Of a stretch of DNA of 63,796 bases, positions 54,057 to 63,796 are shown one piece after another; position 1 is the first letter of the stretch; every line of letters starts with the position of its first letter. Made by a program: the position numbers and the translations under genes. The notes beneath the pieces are model-generated. The model did no database searches, had not been told where the DNA came from, and worked only from the letters and a program-made list of their open reading frames with translations. This DNA comes from Octopus bimaculoides (taxonomy: Eukaryota): NCBI RefSeq assembly GCF_001194135.2, contig NC_068995.1, forward strand, positions 1,946,976 to 2,010,771, given 5' to 3'.

Positions 54057-54705
54057 CTACCTTTCTCTTTGCTCTCTGTCTCTCCCCCTCCCTCTCTAAA
54101 CGAGGTGTTATATTTACGTCACTTCTGTAATTTTCTTCATGTTCTTGTTGTTGTTGTTGCTGTTGGCGTTGGTCATTGTCAATGTCGGCGATGTTGTTGT
54201 TATTATTGTCGTTGTTGTTTTTGTCGTCTGCTTGTTCTTTTATTCACCTCTAAGTGAGTTTAGTTAAGTCTCTCCACAATAATTGTTGTTCTCGTTCTCG
54301 TTGTTGTTGTTGTTGTCTTTTGTTCAGTTTTTGTCGCTGATAAAGGCATTCCACCGCCATTAAATGGAGAGTGTTTAGGGGTAGGGGACACACACACACA
54401 CACACACACACTTTCTTGCTCTCTTACTCACCTCTGTCTCTCCTCTCTCACTTTCATTATATGTATGTGTGTGTATGTGTGTGTATGTATGTCTATATGT
54501 ATCTATGTATGTATGAATGCATGTATATATATGTGTGTGTATGTGTGTATATATATATCTGTATATATATATACATGTACATACAGACACACGTGCACAC
54601 ACAGCATACATACAACATATATAGACATCTTTATACGAATGTATATACACATATTTGTGTATGCGTCATCGTGTATTATACTTATATGTATACATACATG
54701 CCTAC

Positions 54706-54751
<46 letters not shown>

Positions 54752-54839
54752 ATATATACATTTTATGTAAATGATATATACATGGATGTATATATGTGTG
54801 GGTATGTCTGTGTGTATACATATGTGTATGTATATATAC

Positions 54840-54883
<44 letters not shown>

Positions 54884-57399
54884 GTGGTTAGTTAGTTAGA
54901 TAGATAGATAGATAGATAGGTTCAATCGCAGCGCCCTTTTTCTTGAATATGCTAGTGTTTAATTTATTTATTATTATTATTATTTTTTTTTTCTGTCTTA
55001 ACTTCAAGTTGGCCAAAACCTTGCGAGTGGAATTTGGTCAGCCAGGCATTTTATGACAAGAAAGCTCCTTTCAAATTCAGGTAAAGTCCAAGCGACGCGC
55101 ATCCAAACAGCTACCTTCTGTCCAACTTCACTAGAAAGGCATGGGTCCATTTGAAACTGTGCTAAAAGAAACTTTCCCAAGATGTCGACCACATCTGAAG
55201 GTTCTAGCAGGGGCAAAGTAATGCTTCTACCTGCGGTCCAAATATCCAGTTTGAAAATATGACAAATTCCACAGTGGGATTTGTCGTAGCCGTAAGCGCC
55301 ATTCGTTGTTGAGGTGCATGTTCGGAATTTCACTGGGAATACATATTCGTACGCGATCCCCGGTCACATGCATACACACTTTCATTGTATGGTTGGACTA
55401 GAAGTGCCGTCTGTGACATCGTATTCTTTGGTCTTTATAGTTTAATGCGGAGAGATTACGGGTCCTGGCGGGGCTGATATATTAAGTGAGGGATCGAATA
55501 ATGTTGATACTGTGTTATTTGCAAACCTATCATAAAAACTTTCTTTCCGTGACCATCCCACTCTACCCCGATCTCTAGAATCCCCTAAGTAGGTCTACAT
55601 TAGCCAACGTTTCAATGCTATACTATACAACAGAATCTATGTATAGAATTTAGCCAACACTGTATACATATATATATACGCAGTCGCATATACCCTGTCT
55701 TTATATATACAACGTCTTTGCAGGTGGAAAAACAGGTGAGATCAATTAGCCTGGTTACAAATGCCGTGTTGGCATTTCACCAGTTTTCCCCTTAACAATC
55801 CGCGGCGACACTCTTTTTGAAGTCACTTTTACTAACAGCTTCACTAAACCAGAATTGACTGATTTGCATAGATAACGCATTCTTAGCAGCTAGTTGGCTT
55901 AATAAACTACTGCAGCATTAACGATGTTTATTTCAATGTGTCTGACCATCTCTAAGAAGACAGAATGTGATTTCAGGGCGATTTAGCTGCTATTTCTTGC
56001 AAATCCAGTGCCAACATAGAGGCTGTCTTGTTGGGTCATGATTGCAGTAGTGGTTATGGTTGTGGCTGCTGCTGCTGTTGTTGTTGTTGCTGCTATTACT
56101 GTTGATATAGCTTTATTGCTATTGTTGTTGATACTGTTGTTGGAGCAATTGTTGCTGTTTTTGTGATTATTTTTCTTGTTGTTGTTGTTGTTGTACCAGA
56201 AAACTCTAATAAAGCCAATTTTTCAGAAAGTGTCATGAAATTAATGTTATTTTAGAATTAGCAAAGCTTTCATTCATTGTCTCTCTGTCTTACTTTCTTC
56301 TTTCTTTCTCTCTCTTTTTCTTTCTTTCATTAACTCACCTTTCAATTCACCAATATTTCTCTTCTTCAGCCCCATCCGTCTTCTCAAATGTACTCAGACA
56401 CACACAAACACACACACACACATACATACACACACATACTCACGCGCCAACATACAAATATGTAATCACACACAACATACACGCTAACACACAACAATCT
56501 ACACGTTGTCCAACACAGTCACAGCACGCAGGAACAAATACACACACTCACACATGTTCACTAACGCGCATACACACACACGCACACTCACACAGAGAAA
56601 CACATATTCACCAATCCGACACCACCACAACCACCACTGTCACAGCCACCACCACCACCACCACCAAATAGGCTGCCAACTTGGCGGAATCGTTAGAAAG
56701 CTGTACAGACTTCGTGGTATTTGTTCCAACTTTGCGATCTAAGTTCAAATCTAGCCAAAGTCAATTTCTCGTTCAACCTTTCGCGGGTGGCTAATAAAAT
56801 ATCTGACAATTCCCGTAATGGCCTACTTGGCTGGTAGACTTACTCCAACACCTACATCAACACCGTCACCTGGAGACCTTTTCGGTGCCTTTAATGGAGT
56901 CCACTCTGAAGAAAGCATTCAGGCCATATCTCCAGTTAAAGGATACCGATGTTGTTGTTGTTGTAGTTGTTGGTGGTGGTGGTGGCGGCGGCGGTGTTGG
57001 TAGTGGTAGTGGTGGTGACGTTGATAATAGTTTAATAATAATAATACCGGTTTTAGTGATGTTAGTGTTTGTTGTTGTTGCTGATTTAGTGACGTCATCA
57101 ATACTTTATTTTCTTGAACATAGATAGCAGAGATTTCATATTATGTCAACAAGTCGAGATGAGCTGTGGTTTTTTTCTTCATTTATGAGTGTGGGGTGGT
57201 TTACGGTAACATCTTTAGGAACCGCAGTAGTTGACATTTAGTCCTTCTTTAAGTTCTAGGTTCAAATTCCGCCAAGGTCGACTTTGCCTCTCATCCCTGC
57301 GGGGTCGATAAAGTAAGTACCAGCTGAACACTGGTGTTGATGTAACTGACCCTCCAAAATTCCAGGACTTGGGCCTAGAGTAGAAATGACTATTTCTAT

Positions 57400-58480
57400 T
57401 TTTCTGTCATTTATAAAATATTTTATCTTATGATATTAATCTGCAGTGCATAGTTGACATTGCTTTGTTCAGTTTTCGTAGGAGTGTCGTGTTTAATAAA
57501 TTATCAATGAATATCAAAAGGATCATCATATCGTTCTTTCAAGTCCCATACATACCTGGTGAATGTTGTAGCGTTCCACTTTCCCTTGTACCTGAATTTA
57601 GATTTATGTTTGAGTAAACAGTTTTTAAAGGTGCGTTTGTTCATATCAGTATAAACGGGAGTGATCTGCCCGCGATTTCAACTTTGTTTCACTGAAAATT
57701 GCTTTTGTTGAATATGATTTATTAAGGTGGCAACTCCTTTTTCTTTTGCATCAACCTTCAGCTTTGATGTTGTTCGGAGCGATTCTTAGAAGTTTACACA
57801 GCTTTACCTTTGTTACATAATTTGTGATTGCATGGAAAATGGCTTTCAAAAACGCCGGACCAATTGCCAGTCATTTTTCATTTTAAAATTTTTACTGAGG
57901 GAAAGGTAGTTTCTGTTTGTTCTTTGCTGCGTATGCATGGCTAATAAAATGCTTTGCCTTTAAATCCACTTCTCTTTGTAGCATTATGATGATAATGTTA
58001 GCTTTATTGAATGATGCTTCATCTGAGAAGGCGTTATTTTTCTACATATATTGCTAGCTTATTTTTTCAATGTATCTGCATGAGTTTTCATTCGTTTTTT
58101 TTTTCATCTGGTTGATATCTACAGTTCTCTAGGTTTAATGTTATGTCTAGAAAATTTTCATTGCCGGTAATTGTAACATTAAATCAAATGTGGAAAAAAT
58201 GTCTATGTATCTCTCTATCTAACGCACTACTACATAGTTCAAGGTTGCAAAGCCATCATCTCTGTGTCTGGTGCTTTCAATTTTGTTTTAGCGTTTCTAA
58301 AAAGCATAATGTATAAGACAACCAGCTCAAATAACGCGCCCCAGTCGTACCAATCCATTTTTGAATCAAATAAGACCAGTGTTTTTCACAAACGTTGAAT
58401 CATTGTTGAAAACCAGAAATTTTATAGCGTTCATTATTATTTTAACATCATTTCTATTAATGATGGCACACATCTTTCTG
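57400..58480 (-). mobile_element. Decayed PLE: RT plus GIY-YIG endonuclease
   Basis: Minus, with many stops: YDWGALFELVVLYIM (=YDGAE.CELVGLYIL); TRHRDDGFA at about 58250 (=GLYRDDGLA); SHFPCNHKL (=KHFP.NHKL); CKRKRSCHLN; VYTDMNKRTFKNCLLKHKSKFRYKGKWNATTFTRYVWDLKE (GIY-YIG half). Confidence 0.8.
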
Positions 58481-60108
58481 TATTCTAATTCATCTGTGAG
58501 AAACGGTTTGGCAATTAACGAGTAGCACTCGGCAATGTCGAATCGAGTGAAATCTTATCTAGTTTTGCATTTTGATAAGAGTCTGATGAAACAGTACGGT
58601 GAAAGTGCTGAATGTAGGTGAAACAATAAGTAAGGTGTAATGTTTTACTGTAGGTGGTGGTTGTGGTGGCGGCGGCGGTGGTGGTGTAGGTGATACAATA
58701 CAGAGGGTGTAGAGGGTGACTGTAGGCGGAGTAAAGTAGATGCTGCCAAAATCTTGTTAAATTGACAGAATATAAAAAAGACAATAAAAGTAAAATCCTA
58801 ATGACTTCAGTTTCTTGGCAATGTGGAAACATTTAACCTAATTTTCTTTCGTGTTTGTCGTTGTTGTTGCTCTGTTTATTATTTTTATTTTTTGTATTTT
58901 GTGGTTTTTATTGTTTCCCTGGTACTACTGTCGTTGCTGCTTTTGTTGTTGTTGCGTCTGTTACTTTTGAGTTTTTCTTATGTTGTTGTTTTTGTTTTGT
59001 TATTGTTGTTCTTGTATTTGCTCTTGTTCTTGTTTGTGTTGTTATTGCTGTTGTTGTCGTTGTTTCTTTTATTGTTTTTGTTGATTATTTTGCTGTTTTC
59101 GTTTATATTATTGTTGTTGTCGCAAAAGAAGACAAAACACGACACATACCGATTTGTTTAATGTTTCATAGATAAATCCTGATGTTGTGGCATTCACACC
59201 TTTCCCTGAAATATTTTCCACGCAAGAGAAACGAAACTTCCTCGACGGTGGATCGAACCCAGGCTGCGGATTCAGCTTGCCGATATCTAACTTCACACCT
59301 TATACACTCAGTTCTAATAAATGATGCTATTGTTAGCGTTATTGCTATTATTTTCTAAGGCAGCGAGATGTTGCTAAGAAGCATTTCTTCGTGTTCTGAG
59401 TTCAAATCCCGCCGAAGTCGACTTAACCTTTGTTGCTTCTTGTCTTATTATTTTTTTTTTTTGGTCGATACAATAAATACCTGTTGAGGGTTGGGTGTCA
59501 ATGTAATTGACTTACTCCCCCCCCCCCTTACGTCGCTGGGCTTGTACCTAAATTTGGAAGTTATTATTTGAAAAGGAAAGTGGGGGTGGAGAAAGAGGTG
59601 CAGTGCTCGAGTAAGTTTATTGAAAGGTGGGTCAAAGCTGCGAAAAGGGCAAGAGTGGAATGGTACTGCTCTAAGAATAGGTCTGTGAATCGGAGAAAAG
59701 GAAATAGATATAAATTTATATATATTTTGATGGCAAAATCCTTGTAGAAAATGTCTTGCGTTATTTATTCCGTTACGTCATGTTCGAATTTCTCCGAGGT
59801 CCACTTCCATTTGCCTTCATCCAGGTAAAATAAAGTACTCTTCAAGTATTAGAGGCAATGCTTTCGATGAAGCCCCTCCTCTCAAAATTTCTGCCTACAT
59901 CTGAAAGTATCCTTACTGTTGTTCATGTTATGATGGTGAGCTGTCAGAGTTGTTTGAGCGTCAGACAAAATGTCTTCCAATATATATTCCGGCTCTTTAC
60001 ATTCTGAGTTCAAATTCCACCGTGGTCAACTTCTCCCAACGTCCGAGAGTAAATTCTCCAATGGACCAATATTACCGCCATTGCTGCTGCTGCTGCTACT
60101 ACTGCCGT

Positions 60109-60153
<45 letters not shown>

Positions 60154-60183
60154 CACTACTACTACTACTACAATTCAATTAGT

Positions 60184-60254
<71 letters not shown>

Positions 60255-60320
60255 CTATGTGTGTGTACGTATGTACCTATGTATATACGTGTGTATGTAT
60301 GCAAGCATGTCTGTATATAC

Positions 60321-60366
<46 letters not shown>

Positions 60367-61155
60367 GCATACACACATGCTTATATGCTAACATACATAC
60401 ATGAATACATACATACATTGCATGCATAACATGCGTATGTATACGTATCCACAACACATGTATGCGTATGTCAATGCATATGTCCGTATGCATGCATGTT
60501 TTTATGTGTGTGTGTCTGATTGTGCATGTATGTATTTACAGCTATATATAATCAAACACACACACACTCACTTTCACACAAGCACACACACCTGTATATA
60601 AAATCAATATTAACACAGACACACGCAGATGAAAATACATTGACATACACACATAGAGACACACATTTAAACACACAGACCACTCGTTAGTGCCCAATGT
60701 CCAGCACCACCTCCGCCGCCACCACCACAACCACCACTTCTACTACTACTTCCTCCGCCACCACCACCACCACCACAACTACCACCTTTACTACTACCAC
60801 CACCACCACCACCACCACTACTACCAAACTGACCAGTGTCAATCAACCCTAATCCTCCAACAAGATCCAACCTGTCTGTCCAGTGTAAATATTTGTCGTC
60901 AACCATTGATGGCTTGGTCTTAGTAGCTGCCCTTATTAGCTGAGAGGTCAGTCTATTTATGCCGACAGGAATCATAAACTATAGGCTCTGAACCATACCC
61001 TACTGTTGTTCAAACTATAGGCTATAATTCTTCCCCTGCTATTGTTGAAAATATAGGCTATCGCCATACTTGCTGCTATAAGTGAACGGTCATCTTATTC
61101 TTAGGCCATCTACTATCAATGCTTCAACTAGGGGCCCTCTTCTGCTGTTGTCAAT

Positions 61156-61378
61156 AAGGCGTCGACGCGGTAGAATCGTTAGCATGCCGGACAAAATGCT
61201 TAGCGGCATTTCGTCCGTCTTTACGCCCTGAATTCAAATTCCGCCAAGGTCGACTTTTCCTTTCATTCTTTCGGTGTTAATAAAATAAGTACTCGCTGAG
61301 CAAACCAGGGTCGATTCAATCAACTTGTACCCCGCCCCGTCTCCCGGAATAGCTGTCCTTGTGTTAAAATTTGAAACC
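61156..61378 (+). mobile_element. SINE family A, full length
   Basis: aaggcgtcgacgcggtagaatcgttagcatgccggacaaaatgcttagcggcatttcgtccgtctttacgccctgaattcaaattccgccaaggtcgac...aaaatttgaaacc. Confidence 0.8.
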
Positions 61379-61878
61379 GATATTTCTCCGATGTGTTTTG
61401 TGGCCATGAAAATATAATCTGTTTTTAAAGTGGGGTTTTTTTTATAATAGAAAGCAGTTTATAACAAAAAGTAAATATAAAAGTACGAAGAAACTATTGA
61501 AAATAAGATTAAGAAATTAATCTTAATTAACTTCATTTATGTTTATAATTAAAATCATTCTCTGACCTAATTTGTGCAGACATTCTGTTATATAGGTTTA
61601 GGCATGGCTGTCTGATTAGGAATTATAGTTCGTAAAGATGAAGTCTTAGGATCGATCCCACTTGGTGGTACATTGAGCAATTGTCTTGTTTTATGGTTTC
61701 AAATTAACCAAAACTTGTACATATCTTCTCAGCCATTGTTGGGATTTTGCTTTGTCTATTTCTTTTCTGTTTAGTTTAATCCAGTATTTGCCATGAAGAG
61801 GCTTTTCTTGTCATCGTTTCATCGTGATACGCTGTCGTTCCAGTTTTAGTTTGGATTTCAGTTTTTTTACAGCTTATT

Positions 61879-61937
<59 letters not shown>

Positions 61938-61956
61938 TATCATTATTATTATTATT

Positions 61957-62163
61957 AAGATTGCGAGCTGGTAGAGTTGTTAGCATGCTGGGCAAAATGT
62001 TTAGCGACATTTCGCCCGTCGTTACTTTCTGAGCTCAAAATTCCGCCCAGATCGACTTTGCCTTTCGGGGTCGATAAAATAAGAACCAGTTGAGTAACGG
62101 GGACGATGTAATCGACTTACCCTGCTCCCGGGAACTACTGGCTTTGTGCCAAAATTGGAAATC
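61957..62163 (+). mobile_element. SINE family A, full length, after a (CAT)n/(TAT)n tract
   Basis: Same head, body and tail as the 61156 copy. Confidence 0.8.
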
Positions 62164-62819
62164 ATCGTCGTCGTCGTTGTTGTTGTTTCTAGCTGGAGAC
62201 TACAGGTCACCGACGTCCATTCAGTCACAATATTGCTTTAAGACTTCCACGAAATAATTATGAGACCAACTAATCGACCGACCGCCATAACTGAAGGATA
62301 AGCTTAAACAATAATCCACCTGATGTTTTTCTTTTCTAAGTACTATTTACCTTGACGCTGGTTGTGAAAGCTGTGTTTTAAGTGTGGCATGGTGCGTTGT
62401 GGTGGTAATTTGGTGAGGCGGGTTCGGCTCAGAATTCATCGTTTAATCCGGGGAAGAGACATAGAGCAACTGACACTCTTTACATACGTTCTCGGGTAGC
62501 AGAGTCGGGTGGGATCTTTCAGCCTGGACTTACAGAAGTTTATTTTTGGAGGCAACATGTGAATATGTTTCTGGAGAGGAGTTTCACTATATATTCATCC
62601 ATTCCGAACTCTTAGATTATTTCCAATTTTATTTTGATAAAGTGACACTTTCCCGAAATATCATACAAGCAACCTGTACTGGATAATACAATATCTTATC
62701 TTTGCTTTTATTTATTAGCCTCGCCTAACATTTTTTGCCTTAGCTTCTCAATTGCTTTACTTTAAAGTTCTTCGTTAAAATATTTCTAATGTTTTATTAA
62801 ATATATTTTTAACTTTTAC

Positions 62820-63200
62820 TTGTTTTATTGCACTTTTGGCGCACAAACTGGATGGGATTGGGTTTAGTTAAACAAATCGATCCTAGCACTTATTTTTAAA
62901 GTCTGCTACGTATTCTATCAGTTCTTTTGCCGAGCTGATATACTGCGAAGACGTAAAAAAAAACAACACCGATTATCAAGCGGTATGTGGGGAAAACACA
63001 TACACACTTGTATAATACTTACGGACATACACACACAAACACAAGACTGGCTTCTATACAGTTTCCGCCTACCACATTCCATTACAGACTATTAGTCGTC
63101 CCAGGGCTATAGTAAAAGACACTTACCCAAGGGGCTGCCCACTGTGAGTGAACCTAGAATCACGTGCTCGCAAAGTGACAATCTTAAACATACGGCCATA
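62820..63200 (-). mobile_element. SINE family B, decayed full-length copy
   Basis: Reverse complement of the family B head (..taggcgcaggtatggccgt..) through the tail (..ttagtt/aaacaaatcgatcctagcacttat..). Confidence 0.65.
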
Positions 63201-63796
63201 CCTGCGCCTATTTATTTATTTATCCATTTGTTTATTTTGCTAGAAAACGTATTTTAAAATATAATCATTGTACGTCGCTTATATTATATTTCTAGGACAA
63301 ATCGTGACCTCCGCTAACATTCCATGAGATCCTCTTGACAAACTTTACAAGTACATTCTTATAAATATAATAGATAGAACAGCCATTTAATATTACGTGA
63401 ACCAAATGCACCCTGGTCGCAGAAGAGAAAAAAATAAGTCATGAAAAAGCGAAAGAAAATCTTCCTTGAAGAGAAAGCAATGTATATTATACACAACAAC
63501 GAACCGCATGTAAGAATATATTACAAACAAAAAATGGAAAAAAAGGTGGGGAGAAATATAAGACGACAAAAGAAGATTTGAAAGCTCTTTCATCAACACT
63601 ACAGGTTGAAGAAATGAACGTCACATGAACGCTATTAGGATACAATGTAAACATGTGAAAATATAAACTTCACACACACTCACACACACATACACATGCA
63701 CATACGCACACACACACACATGTACTCACGAACATATATATACACATCTATCTATCTAAATATATACATACACATATACATATATATATATATATA

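Noticed and set aside
56844-56905. Minus-strand 62-bp segment with good AG and GTAAGT sites
   Set aside because: The open frame (WTPLKAPKRSPGDGVDVGVG) is low-complexity and unrecognised, and no partner exon was found.
58580-58615. CTGATGA-AACAGTACGGT-GAAAGTGCTG hammerhead-like string beside the decayed PLE
   Set aside because: The cleavage position is G and helix I does not pair; too degenerate to call.
3972-60975. Long ORFs in the track made of CV/YI/HT/RE/SL/poly-G/poly-T repeats or X runs
   Set aside because: They are translations of microsatellites and N-gaps, with no protein-like complexity.
3661-62163. tRNA-like A/B-box heads of the SINEs
   Set aside because: No complete cloverleaf, and they continue into SINE bodies; not tRNA genes.

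Overview
Eukaryotic, AT-rich, microsatellite-saturated draft-assembly window with 14 N-gaps, many abutting (TA)n/(CA)n/(TATG)n tracts. The repeat content (three recurrent tRNA-derived SINE families, simple repeats) resembles an Octopus genome; this is an inference from recalled repeat sequences, not a search result. I could not identify any host protein-coding exon with confidence, so the window is probably intronic or intergenic. Nearly all ORFs in the supplied track are microsatellite or N-gap artefacts. What can be supported is a transposon graveyard: Penelope-like retroelement (PLE) fragments, RLE-type, RTE and Tx1 LINE fragments, Tc1, mariner and maT (DD37D) DNA-transposon remnants, a Merlin-type MITE nested in a SINE, and a Helitron/HINE-like element. 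The most interesting signal is RNA-level. There is one type-I hammerhead ribozyme with an intact core (minus, 273-346) directly 5' of a PLE reverse-transcriptase fragment. A second hammerhead (plus, 26401-26450) has one core substitution and is followed by three short perfect hairpins. Several decayed hammerhead relics also occur. The two clearest ribozymes share a palindromic helix III with a single central G, suggesting dimer-dependent cleavage. Two long fold-back hairpins and a few promoter-like motif clusters are also noted.
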